Positions 7,159-15,633 are shown, counted from the first letter of the stretch. The stretch is DNA of 15,633 nt from Pseudobacteriovorax sp. (GCA_050293845.1 JBNKNM010000121.1:1-15633), one strand, 5' to 3'. Program-made: numbers and translations. Notes: generated by a model not told the origin, from the sequence alone.

Positions 7159-7588
7159 GTTTGCGCTTCCAAAAAATTAGGGAGAACACTCTACATTTGT
7201 TGAGACAAATTTTCACTGTTTTTTTGAAAAGTGAATAGGTTTCACCATGCGTTCTCTCTAAGCATTTTGCTATTTTGACTATTGTATTTTTGTATTAATT
7301 TGAGAATGTTTAGCAGTCATTTCTGCGCGTGCCACGACAAGAATATGTCCTTGGAAGTGAGGATATCTTCGGACCCAAGACATCTGTAAATCACCACTAA
7401 TTGACGCAATTTAAAAAGTTTCTAGGAACCGACCTGAAACGATCGGTTATCTGTCCGAACTCTGAAGATACAAGCGGAATTTAATAGGATAATTACAGTT
7501 AAAATTCGTCTAAAAACTAACACCAAGTGCTATTTTGGTAGCTAGAAAATTAAATCGATATTCACGAAAATCTTCATTATCCTTTATA

Positions 7589-7951
7589 TCATTGCCATCT
7601 ATTTCCTGGAAAAAATTGCTCCACACTTAGCCATGACCAATCTAAAGTAATGAATTCGCATGACCATGAGTTGCCTAAACTAAATCCTATAAATGAAGAC
7701 CGATAATCCTTGCTTGAATGATCAGTTCTATAGTCAGTTAAAGCTCTATTAAAAGAAACAGTTCTTAGATCAGCATTACCTCTACTTCTAGATTTTTTTC
7801 TTTCCCTAGTCTTTACTGAAGAGCTTTGAGTGTATTCTAACCTATTTTCGAGGCTTTCTATCTTATTTTCCAGTAGTTCGACTCTATTATCTTCACTCGC
7901 AAATATTGCGGTTGATAAGGATATTGCTAGAAACACATAGATGCTTTTCAT
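7589..7951 (-). CDS. Exported hypothetical protein, 120 aa
   Basis: Sec signal peptide MKSIYVFLAISLSTAIFA, then a short coiled coil RVELLENKIESLENRL; purine-rich RBS. Confidence 0.7.
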   Translation of the reverse strand: MKSIYVFLAISLSTAIFASEDNRVELLENKIESLENRLEYTQSSSVKTRERKKSRSRGNADLRTVSFNRALTDYRTDHSSKDYRSSFIGFSLGNSWSCEFITLDWSWLSVEQFFPGNRWQ

Positions 7952-7984
7952 ATCTTCTTCTCTCTAATTCATTTTTAAGTTGAC

Positions 7985-8006
7985 GAGAAGGCAAGATTGC
8001 CTTCTC
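7985..8006. terminator. Stem-loop GAGAAGGCAA-GA-TTGCCTTCTC
   Basis: Perfect 10-bp inverted repeat 7 nt downstream of the DUF285 gene stop. No clear U-tract on the minus strand, so it may be a stabilising hairpin instead. Confidence 0.55.
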
Positions 8007-8013
8007 TTTAAAA

Positions 8014-9492
8014 TTAAGGTTGATACCACGACGGTAAGCTTATCATAGCTGTATCTGTGAACATGCCTGTAAACCTTTTAGCAGATTTTGTTGACCAACC
8101 CTCAAGATTTTGATTGAACTGATTTGCACCATAAAACATAAAACTAAAATTCTCTACATTTTCAACATTCCAGTTACTTAGATCTTGATTAAAGGACTCT
8201 GCAAGTAAAAATACTTCTTGCATGTTAGTTACGTTAGATACGTCCCAACTACCAATATTTTGGTTAAATGATCTTGCTTTTGAGAACATTAAGTACATTC
8301 TTTGAACATTCGCCACATTCCAATTACTGACATCCTGATTAAATGAGCTAGCTTCGCTAAACATAGCTACCATGTTATAAACTGAGGAAACGTCCCATGT
8401 CCCAATGGGTTGATTAAACTTCGATGCACGAAAGAACATAGCGCGCATATTTTTTACTTTAGAGACATCCCACCCATCTATTGCTCTATTGAAGGAAAAA
8501 GCACCTGCGAACATATTAGACATGTATTCTACATTCGCCACATTCCAATTTCCTAACTCTTGATTGAATGATCTAGCTCCTGCAAACATACTGTTCATTC
8601 TTTTAACATTAGAAACGTTCCAGCTTTCGATAGGATGATCAAAATTCATAGCTTCACTGAATATTTCTGACATATCTTCGACTTTGGATACATCCCAATT
8701 TGCTAAAGGTTGATTGAAACTAGAAGCACCCCTAAAAATACCCGACATCTGAGTTACATTGGAGATATTCCATGTATTGAGACTATTATTAAATATTGTA
8801 GCTCCATCGAACATATATCCTATATCAGTAACGTTTGAAATATCCCAAGTTCCGATTTTCTGGTTAAAACTAGAGGTAGACGCAAACATTCTATTCATGT
8901 TTGTAACTTTTGAGACATCCCAGTTTTCCAATGGTTGATTAAAGAGGGTAGCCCCTTCAAACATAGAAGACATATTAGTAACGTTTGAAACGTTCCAATT
9001 TGCAAGTGGCATATTATAACTTGATGCTTCTTTAAACATGCCTTGCATATCAGTTACTTCAGATACATTCCAAGTATTTATAGATTGATCGAAAGAGCTT
9101 GCTCCTTCAAACATAGAAGACATATTAGTAACGTTTGAGACATCCCAATCAGCTAAAGATTGGTTGAAATTCTCGGCACCTTTGAACATCCCTTTCATGT
9201 TCTTGACTCTAGATACATTCCATTCAGAAACATTAACTTTATCGAAATCGGGATCAATAGGAAGAATATAGATTAGGTAAAGATTACTTGCATCTTCAAA
9301 GTCGAGAGTGATTTTTGTAGGAGGTTCATCGAGACTTAGTAATTCTTTTAATTCTTCACCGTTACTAACAATTCCAATATCAGTGTTCTGAGTGAGATCT
9401 GCAACACCAAGATTCTCATCCTTCTCATTCGATCCTTTTTTACAACTAAGCCCTGCAAGCAAGATACAAGCAATTAGAATAATAGTTTTCAT
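8014..9492 (-). CDS. DUF285 / BspA-family surface lipoprotein with 25-aa repeats, 492 aa
   Basis: Lipoprotein signal MKTIILIACILLAGLS-C17; repeats of W(D/N)VS.V..M..MF..A..FNQ.(L/I)..; C-terminal P.W cap. Confidence 0.93.
   Translation of the reverse strand: MKTIILIACILLAGLSCKKGSNEKDENLGVADLTQNTDIGIVSNGEELKELLSLDEPPTKITLDFEDASNLYLIYILPIDPDFDKVNVSEWNVSRVKNMKGMFKGAENFNQSLADWDVSNVTNMSSMFEGASSFDQSINTWNVSEVTDMQGMFKEASSYNMPLANWNVSNVTNMSSMFEGATLFNQPLENWDVSKVTNMNRMFASTSSFNQKIGTWDISNVTDIGYMFDGATIFNNSLNTWNISNVTQMSGIFRGASSFNQPLANWDVSKVEDMSEIFSEAMNFDHPIESWNVSNVKRMNSMFAGARSFNQELGNWNVANVEYMSNMFAGAFSFNRAIDGWDVSKVKNMRAMFFRASKFNQPIGTWDVSSVYNMVAMFSEASSFNQDVSNWNVANVQRMYLMFSKARSFNQNIGSWDVSNVTNMQEVFLLAESFNQDLSNWNVENVENFSFMFYGANQFNQNLEGWSTKSAKRFTGMFTDTAMISLPSWYQP
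8098..9222 (-). repeat. 15 tandem 75-nt (25-aa) DUF285 repeats, followed by a degenerate 16th
   Basis: Counted from the translation; the repeat Trp codons at 9220-9222 and 8095-8097 are exactly 15 x 75 nt apart. Confidence 0.92.
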
Positions 9493-9586
9493 ACAATCCC
9501 TTTATTTTCCCAAGGTTACAAAAAGAAGTCTATCCAAATAATCCGTTTTACTATCAAGACAATAAAATATCTACAAATTTAAGAAA

Positions 9587-9624
9587 TATTCATGAAAGAG
9601 GTAAGTTGCCCTCTTTCATGAATA
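9587..9624 (-). terminator. Intrinsic terminator with a perfect 15-bp stem
   Basis: TATTCATGAAAGAGG-8 nt-CCTCTTTCATGAATA, 16 nt after the stop of the 190-aa gene, followed by TTTCTT on the minus strand. Confidence 0.8.
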
Positions 9625-9640
9625 ACAAAATATCCTACCC

Positions 9641-10213
9641 CTAATACTCGTCTTCATGAATTGCAGTGACAACATTAAGTATGCTTTGTTGGAGTGTTCT
9701 TTTGTTTGGGCCCATGTATGATCTAAAAGCATCGTAACTATATCTTCGAATTGGGTGGGGCCACAAGTTACCACCAAAATCTTGTACCACGTGTAGATAG
9801 CCACATGCCCAAACGTAATCTTGACCTATAATAGCAGTGGTACATCTGACTCTAGCATAAAAATTATTTTCAAGGTTGAAATGTTTTTGACCAGAAGGTT
9901 TGAAAGCGGCAACTCTATCATATTGAATAGTAAATATAATATATGTATCTGTGAAGTCTGTGACGGTTAAATCATTTACAAGAGGTTTAAAGGTATAGCC
10001 TTTATACGTAGACTCATTGCTATTATGAAAAGAGTTCGCTATAGCAATATGCTCGCCGGTGATCGTTCCGTTTGGAGATGTTACAATAAATTCTACAGGT
10101 ATATTTAGATTGTTGATGCTATTTTTTAGTCGATTCGCTAATTCGGCGGGTGTTGCGTCTTCAGCATAGGCATTACTGAAAATCAAAAATAGTGATAAAA
10201 TAATGTATCTCAT
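9641..10213 (-). CDS. Exported hypothetical protein, 190 aa
   Basis: Sec signal peptide MRYIILSLFLIFSNAYA (AxA site); AAGGA RBS; one Cys pair in a beta-rich mature part. Confidence 0.8.
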   Translation of the reverse strand: MRYIILSLFLIFSNAYAEDATPAELANRLKNSINNLNIPVEFIVTSPNGTITGEHIAIANSFHNSNESTYKGYTFKPLVNDLTVTDFTDTYIIFTIQYDRVAAFKPSGQKHFNLENNFYARVRCTTAIIGQDYVWACGYLHVVQDFGGNLWPHPIRRYSYDAFRSYMGPNKRTLQQSILNVVTAIHEDEY

Positions 10214-10349
10214 TTTTTATATCCTTGTGTTGAGGTTACTCTGTATGTTAAGCATGTTTTGGGCAATATCGTTCATTGATGATTAGCGATTCCTCCTTTC
10301 TCGCAATCATGAAGTGTGTTTATTTTCTAAATTAATCAATACTCTATTC

Positions 10350-10371
10350 AAAGCTGTCGAATGACAGCCCC
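10350..10371 (-). terminator. Possible terminator hairpin after the toxin-immunity operon
   Basis: Minus strand GGGGCTGTC-ATTC-GACAGCTTT: 6 Watson-Crick pairs extendable by G-U, short U-run, ~57 nt after the SUKH stop. Confidence 0.35.
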
Positions 10372-10428
10372 TATGATATCTTTAAATGACTCACGAATAA
10401 GCTATGAAACTAGGTTAATAAAATATCG

Positions 10429-10884
10429 TCATTCCCTATCTGTAAGTCGATCCAAAAAATCCTGGAATGAATTGGTTAAGAGTTCGACGTTATCGAAAGT
10501 CGGTGTTTCTCCTTCTTCTACTCTGTCGTCCTTGTACCAATAATATACCTTCCCGTAGTATTCCTCTTTAACACCAATGCAGATTAAATCTCCAATGCCG
10601 TTGTCACCTATTGGCAAAATTTGCTCAGGCACCTCCTCAAATGTAAAGGCATATACGGTAAGCAGATCATTAGATGTTTGTCCTTTAGTACCGATACCGA
10701 GGAAATGCACGTGAAAATCTAGATTGCTATCACTTTCATGAATGAAACGATTTCTTTTTGGAGTTCCCCCATTATGTTTCAATATAAATTCTGAATAATC
10801 TATTGGAAGAACAATTTTAAGACGCTCATTAACTGTTTCAATTTCTCTTTGAGTTATTTTTTCAAAACTACCTGATATTTCCAC
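10429..10884 (-). CDS. SMI1/KNR4 (SUKH) family immunity protein, 151 aa
   Basis: EI..VNERL.I.LP.DY.EFI...NGG, LPIGDNG.GD.ICI, YGKVYYW, and ..SF.DFL..L motifs. GTG start with AGGAG RBS 12 nt after the toxin stop; no signal peptide. Confidence 0.93.
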   Translation of the reverse strand: MEISGSFEKITQREIETVNERLKIVLPIDYSEFILKHNGGTPKRNRFIHESDSNLDFHVHFLGIGTKGQTSNDLLTVYAFTFEEVPEQILPIGDNGIGDLICIGVKEEYYGKVYYWYKDDRVEEGETPTFDNVELLTNSFQDFLDRLTDRE

Positions 10885-10896
10885 TTTCTGTATCTC

Positions 10897-12888
10897 CTAG
10901 AAGCTGTAAGTGTCTCGCCCTCCAGTATGCCCTATTGCAATATGAAGGTCTTTGGGGACTAGTTGTAGTTTAGTTGAATGCTCAACATGATGCCAAGTGG
11001 CATCATCGGTCATATCCCAATCTCTATATAATTTTTTCATTTTTTTGTTCGCAGCTCTAATATCTGCATTTCTTCCCCCTTTACCTGGTTTTAAAAAGTC
11101 AATGTCTACCTCTACTTTCATCCCCTTATGCTTTATGACATAGGGGTTTAAGTCAGGAAATCCTTGTTTAGAAAAGTTAACCCCGTCAGGAAAATCTTTT
11201 GCCAACTGGGCTAGCTTTTCTTGCCTAATTTGCCGTTTAATTGGGTCTTTTATTCTTTCTATTCTTTGTTTTAGGATCGGATTTTTATTCACATCGAGAC
11301 TATAATTCTTGCCGGCAAAGAGGTAGTTTCTCACTGTCTTTCCATTTACTTTGGGAACTTTCGATGCAGATTCGAGCAATTCACCGGATGTTTCCCCTAG
11401 AGGAGGACAAGCAAAAGCAGTCGGTATAATTAACTCTTTCATCCATCTTATCGGACTACGCCAAATATTCGTTGCAAAGCAAGGTACTCTGCCGAACCAG
11501 TCAGCTAGTGCATCGTCCGATTTTTTTATGGAACCTTTCAGCTTCTTTGCCAGTTTACCTGCTTTACCTACTTTACCAGCAACTTTGCCAACGAACTTAC
11601 CTAACTTAACCATACCTTTAACAGTGCCAGACAATATAGAAGGCATAAAAAAGCCACCAGCTATCATTGCTATTTCTACATCCGAAATGGCTTCTCCTGT
11701 AATGGGGTCTTTACCAGTCCAGATTTTGTAGGCATCCTTTGCTGCGCTTACACCAGGAATAAAGTCTGTTGCCAAATCAACGGCACCAATAGCGAATCCT
11801 AGGAAGAAGTCACCATATGAGTCGTCATCTTCAGCGTATGCACTGTCCGCTACCCCTACTGCAAACTCAGCACTATCGAGCAAAGCATCGCGAAAAGGTC
11901 GATTCTCGGACTGATCCGTAGCTACTAAGGCTCTGGTACTTTCAATTCTCTTCTGTATGTGATGAAGATTATAATATTTTTCCGAGGTTTTTGGAGTTTC
12001 AAATTCGTAATCGGTTTCAAGAGCTAATAGCGCGGCTAATCTTTCTTCAGCCGCAATTTGAGATTCTTCTTCAAGACTGTCCAAATTCGAAGTATTTATT
12101 ACTTCCTCAGTGGAACTGTTGGCTTGCTCTACAGAATTGTCAATAGAGGTTTCAGCACTTTGAGCTTGATTTATGCTAGTATTACTTTGATTTTCTATTA
12201 AATTAAGTTTGCTATTATTCTGTTGTAACAGTAAGTTTCGATTAAATTTCTTATTTTCTAATGTTTCTTGCGAATCAATGATTTTTTTCTCAAGCCTATT
12301 CTTCTCCTTGGTATTTTTTTCAAGCTCTTCTTTTGCATCAGCTTCTTTGGCCTTTGCATTTGCAGCGGCACGTGAAGCGCTGTTTCTTTGCGTTGCAGCT
12401 TGGTTGCGCTGATTAACTGCATCATTGATTCGATTTTCTGCATTTCTTACTTCACTAGACAATGAACTAAGTTGTAATTTTAGGCTTCGCAGTTCAGATT
12501 CTAAGCTTTGTCTTTCTCTTATTCGTTGAGCATAGTCAGAATCTGATTCATGACTACCTTGACCGGGTGCGGCACCAACTCCACCAACACCACCTGTGGA
12601 AGGTCCAGAGAATGACCCTAAACCGGATATTTCTTCAGTACCTTCTGGATCATTACAAGGAACATAACATACATATACTGTGTAGTTTTGTCCATTCGCT
12701 TGATCTCTATAGGAAAATGATTCACCTAGTTCATTCGTGGAAGCTTCTTCAGAAAGTTCAAAATACTGTTGCTCTGAGAAAGGATAGTTTAATCCTTTGA
12801 TTTCTCCAATAACTAGTACATCTGCAAACTCAGAAGCCTTTAACGATAACGAGATTAAAAGACAAAATAATATATAAAATAGCTTCAT
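10897..12888 (-). CDS. Polymorphic toxin: signal peptide, coiled coil, pre-toxin TG (PT-TG) domain and C-terminal WHH-type HNH/EndoVII nuclease, 663 aa
   Basis: ATG 12888 (AGGGGG RBS) gives signal peptide MKLFYILFCLLISLSLKA. PT-TG motif DFIPGVSAAKD.Y...TGKDPITGE. Nuclease motifs GV.F...GFPD, D..AAN, TWHH (WHH at 10987-10995) and LQLVP..LH....HTGG. SUKH gene immediately downstream. Confidence 0.92.
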   Translation of the reverse strand: MKLFYILFCLLISLSLKASEFADVLVIGEIKGLNYPFSEQQYFELSEEASTNELGESFSYRDQANGQNYTVYVCYVPCNDPEGTEEISGLGSFSGPSTGGVGGVGAAPGQGSHESDSDYAQRIRERQSLESELRSLKLQLSSLSSEVRNAENRINDAVNQRNQAATQRNSASRAAANAKAKEADAKEELEKNTKEKNRLEKKIIDSQETLENKKFNRNLLLQQNNSKLNLIENQSNTSINQAQSAETSIDNSVEQANSSTEEVINTSNLDSLEEESQIAAEERLAALLALETDYEFETPKTSEKYYNLHHIQKRIESTRALVATDQSENRPFRDALLDSAEFAVGVADSAYAEDDDSYGDFFLGFAIGAVDLATDFIPGVSAAKDAYKIWTGKDPITGEAISDVEIAMIAGGFFMPSILSGTVKGMVKLGKFVGKVAGKVGKAGKLAKKLKGSIKKSDDALADWFGRVPCFATNIWRSPIRWMKELIIPTAFACPPLGETSGELLESASKVPKVNGKTVRNYLFAGKNYSLDVNKNPILKQRIERIKDPIKRQIRQEKLAQLAKDFPDGVNFSKQGFPDLNPYVIKHKGMKVEVDIDFLKPGKGGRNADIRAANKKMKKLYRDWDMTDDATWHHVEHSTKLQLVPKDLHIAIGHTGGRDTYSF

Positions 12889-12896
12889 TTTTCCCC

Positions 12897-14273
12897 CTAA
12901 CACCCTTCTCTAAACTCAAGAAATTCTGATTCTATCTCCGCGGTAGGTTCAGATGTGTCTTGTATTCGTGTTGCAAGCGATAAGCATTGAGAAGTAACAG
13001 AATCTCCTAGTCTTCTTAATCTACGCACTACGATATTTTGCCATTCTGATAAGTATATTTCTGCTTCCATAAGCATGCCTTCAGCAAGTTCAAAATAAAT
13101 ATCTCGTTGTATTAAAAAATCAGTCATCAAGTTTTTAACTTCAATTTTAAACGAATCGGAAAGATCTAGATTTTCCATTTGCTTTATTAGCAATGAGTGA
13201 AATTTATAAGCATCAATAGTTGATTTATGAGCACTAAAAGGATATATGCTTCCCGCTAAATCTTGCATTTGGTATGCATAAAACTCTGTCTTTGATTTTA
13301 TCTGCGCATAAATATCAGGACTTTTTAAGACTCTATCTACCTCCAGAATAATTTCTACCCCAAATTCAATGTTGACAATATGAAGCTTCAAAGTTGCGTA
13401 GGCTTGCCAAATTCTAACTAAATTAAAAATGATTAGTTCTCGTTGACGTCTCATTTGTTCTATAGCTTTACTGAATCGAGTTGCCTGTTTATAGGTATGT
13501 CTTAATGCTAAATCAAGATATTTGAGTGATTCTAAATCGATCTCATTGTTATTAAATTTCCTTAACGTAGCCAAATTCACTGTTCCAGGGAATACCCTTA
13601 TATATTCTATTAATCTGTCTGTACTGACTAAATAAGAGTTTAAAGCCTGTTGAATGGTTGATTCTTTTGCAAGAAGATGAGCAGTATTCGGAAGCTCTTG
13701 AAATGCATTTGATATACTAGCGACAATGGTATTGTAAGACTGGCGATCAATGATACTATCAAAATCTGGACTTTTATCTTCTACGAAGGAATTAAAATCA
13801 AGCAACCATGTTTGATAGAGACGATTAACCTCTCCATAATTATTCTTTATATCTGTGAAGCTATTTTGGTTGTAAGATACTTTTTCATCTAGATCATTAA
13901 AAGAGATAAGCAGTTCGCCTAAATTTGTAATATTGTATTCTTCTTCTAAAATATCTTGTTCTAGGGAATAGAGTTCTGGTGATAGTTCATTTTTAATCTT
14001 ATCTACAACTTGATTGTTTTGCTCATTCAGTCGATTCTTTGACGCAATAGCTTGACTTTCCTCACTTCTAAGCTGAGATGATTCACTCAAAATGATTGAT
14101 TTTTCTGCATTTATTGAGGACACTTCCGACGAAGCAGAATTTATAAAATTTTGAGCTTCTGATATTTTTAATTTTGCTTCACTTATCGCCGCGGATACAT
14201 CCTCATTATAAGCTAAACACATTTGACAGTTAATTATAAATATACTAAGAATCCCACAAATTATCTGTATCAT
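12897..14273 (-). CDS. Exported, largely alpha-helical coiled-coil protein, 458 aa (putative toxin accessory component)
   Basis: N-terminal hydrophobic signal (...QMCLA); long heptad region at about aa 25-155; C-terminal Cys pair; GAGG RBS; stop is 8 nt before the toxin ATG. Confidence 0.82.
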   Translation of the reverse strand: MIQIICGILSIFIINCQMCLAYNEDVSAAISEAKLKISEAQNFINSASSEVSSINAEKSIILSESSQLRSEESQAIASKNRLNEQNNQVVDKIKNELSPELYSLEQDILEEEYNITNLGELLISFNDLDEKVSYNQNSFTDIKNNYGEVNRLYQTWLLDFNSFVEDKSPDFDSIIDRQSYNTIVASISNAFQELPNTAHLLAKESTIQQALNSYLVSTDRLIEYIRVFPGTVNLATLRKFNNNEIDLESLKYLDLALRHTYKQATRFSKAIEQMRRQRELIIFNLVRIWQAYATLKLHIVNIEFGVEIILEVDRVLKSPDIYAQIKSKTEFYAYQMQDLAGSIYPFSAHKSTIDAYKFHSLLIKQMENLDLSDSFKIEVKNLMTDFLIQRDIYFELAEGMLMEAEIYLSEWQNIVVRRLRRLGDSVTSQCLSLATRIQDTSEPTAEIESEFLEFREGC

Positions 14274-14287
14274 ATCAATACCTCAGT

Positions 14288-15469
14288 CTAAAAATGAACA
14301 TAAAGATCTGGTGCAAATATCCAATCAGTGTTAGCAGCATTCCCTGACCCGACTTCGCTAGCTCTCACTAATGCCCATGTTGAATTTAAAAGATTTTTTA
14401 AATTTGCTATTTCGCGCTCAAAACGTACTGCATTTTCGTAACCTTGATGATTCGTAATTGAACCACTACTATCCAAAAAACGTTCTTTATTTACTTCATA
14501 CAGTTCTGGAGCAAGACAAGTATTTCTAAGATGATTAAAATGGCTATCTAGATAAGAAAGCAGATTGCTATTATCTACCCCAATCAATTCACTTACACCA
14601 AGGGCTTTCGCGTTAGCTAGTAAAGATATGATATATCGTCTCGATTCAAGACTAAGATAAAAAAAGCTTTCATCAGGAAATAAAAGTTCTGCTGCTTTTA
14701 GTTTCTGTGCCACGGTATATGCACTACAAATAGCCCCTTTTTGCTTGTCGATAATATGAGAGTGAATTACTGTTGCTTGTGTAATGATAGTACTTTTTGA
14801 CTGAACTAGTTGCTTAACAAAGGAAAGATCATCGTTGATCTCAGTAGCTTCAAAGTCAAGTATAGGTGATGTAAGATCTAGTTTACAATATTCTGGAATT
14901 CTTTCTGTTGGGTATGGAAAATTGGGATCGTATGTCGCATCAAAAAAATCGACTTCTGCGGCCATGATTATTTTATCACCATTTGTATTAGGTTCAATTG
15001 TGATAGGTGAAAAATCATCTGTAAAGTAGTTAGCTAATGTAATTGCGTAACTATTTACTCCTTGTCTTAATCTTTCTGATAACTGTTGATTTTTAAGTCG
15101 TGTTAAAACATCATGTTCCCATAAACTACTTCTGCGACACTCAGTTGAATTATTCCAGTTTGTTGAAAACTTTAGCTTGGGTCTTAAAGAATTAATAAGT
15201 AATACATCAAGATTACCTTGATCGTTTATTAACTCGATAGAAGCATCTTGAAATATTTTCAGTAGATCTACTTCATAAAGGATGTTTGTGCCTGAATCGT
15301 CATGTAAAGTCGCTACTTTAGGAAAAGCAATTGCAGTGTCAAAAACTGTGTCTTTTATATGGCAAAACTGTCTAGTAGTAGGCTTTTCTCTTTCGCATTG
15401 AATTATGTCAATAGCCCATAATTTGGTTGTCGTTGTAAATAACAAAAAATAAAGAAGCAATTTTTTCAT
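14288..15469 (-). CDS. Exported hypothetical protein, 393 aa (first gene of the toxin operon)
   Basis: Signal peptide MKKLLLYFLLFTTTTKLWA; six Cys in the mature part; beta-like N-half and helical C-half; 14-nt gap to the next gene; AT-rich non-coding DNA upstream. Confidence 0.82.
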   Translation of the reverse strand: MKKLLLYFLLFTTTTKLWAIDIIQCEREKPTTRQFCHIKDTVFDTAIAFPKVATLHDDSGTNILYEVDLLKIFQDASIELINDQGNLDVLLINSLRPKLKFSTNWNNSTECRRSSLWEHDVLTRLKNQQLSERLRQGVNSYAITLANYFTDDFSPITIEPNTNGDKIIMAAEVDFFDATYDPNFPYPTERIPEYCKLDLTSPILDFEATEINDDLSFVKQLVQSKSTIITQATVIHSHIIDKQKGAICSAYTVAQKLKAAELLFPDESFFYLSLESRRYIISLLANAKALGVSELIGVDNSNLLSYLDSHFNHLRNTCLAPELYEVNKERFLDSSGSITNHQGYENAVRFEREIANLKNLLNSTWALVRASEVGSGNAANTDWIFAPDLYVHF

Positions 15470-15633
15470 AATATGAATCCTATATTCAACTGTTCAAAGT
15501 ATTTGGTATTAAAATAGATATAAATTGATTTAAATTGCCTTTCTCCTTTCAATATTGTTTTCACAAAATCCTTTCATAAATGGATAGTGCCTCATTAAAA
15601 ATTCCATAGCTTCATGTGAATTATAAAGATACT

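Noticed and set aside
8098..9222. 75-nt periodic repeats as a CRISPR array
   Set aside because: They are in-frame, degenerate at the codon level and encode DUF285 protein repeats; there is no constant repeat/unique spacer structure and no cas gene.
10703..10718. parS-like AAATGCACGTGAAAAT
   Set aside because: Partial match only, and inside the SUKH coding sequence (F-H-V-H-F codons).
11476..11481. 'CF' as the start of a Hint/intein domain in the toxin
   Set aside because: No room for a ~130-aa Hint domain and no T..H or HN motifs follow.
11241..12800. Several antisense or alternative-frame ORFs within the toxin gene (also 1054-1248, 2076-2549, 3376-3564, 6143-6346, 9616-9804, 10361-10543, 14835-15029)
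   Set aside because: Shadow ORFs overlapping well-supported genes, with no motifs.
12889..12903. Upstream GTG start for the toxin (MLGGK...)
   Set aside because: It overlaps the previous gene's stop; the G-run is the RBS for ATG 12888, which yields a canonical signal peptide.

Overview
AT-rich accessory region of a bacterial replicon, with no housekeeping, rRNA, tRNA or CRISPR features recognised. The left half (1-7.2 kb) looks like a mobile or defence island. It holds short direct repeats and palindromes around an orphan ParB-family gene, then a two-gene operon: a T4 gp42-like dCMP hydroxymethylase (thymidylate-synthase fold with the cytosine-specifying Asp) and a NudG/MutT-like Nudix hydrolase, with a small divergent ORF. 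Next come a 3-TM membrane protein, a ~137-nt strongly base-paired intergenic element and a TIGR04141/DUF6119-like putative nuclease. The right half (7.6-15.5 kb, all minus strand) encodes mostly exported proteins. A tight four-gene operon comprises two signal-peptide helical proteins, a signal-peptide/coiled-coil/PT-TG/WHH-nuclease polymorphic toxin and a SMI1/KNR4 (SUKH) immunity protein. It is followed by an exported protein, a DUF285/BspA-type 25-aa-repeat lipoprotein and another small exported protein. The best candidates for undescribed systems are (1) the Sec-exported three-component PT-TG/WHH toxin operon and (2) the dCMP-hydroxymethylase + Nudix module outside a phage replication context. 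All family assignments come from motif recognition by eye; no searches were run.
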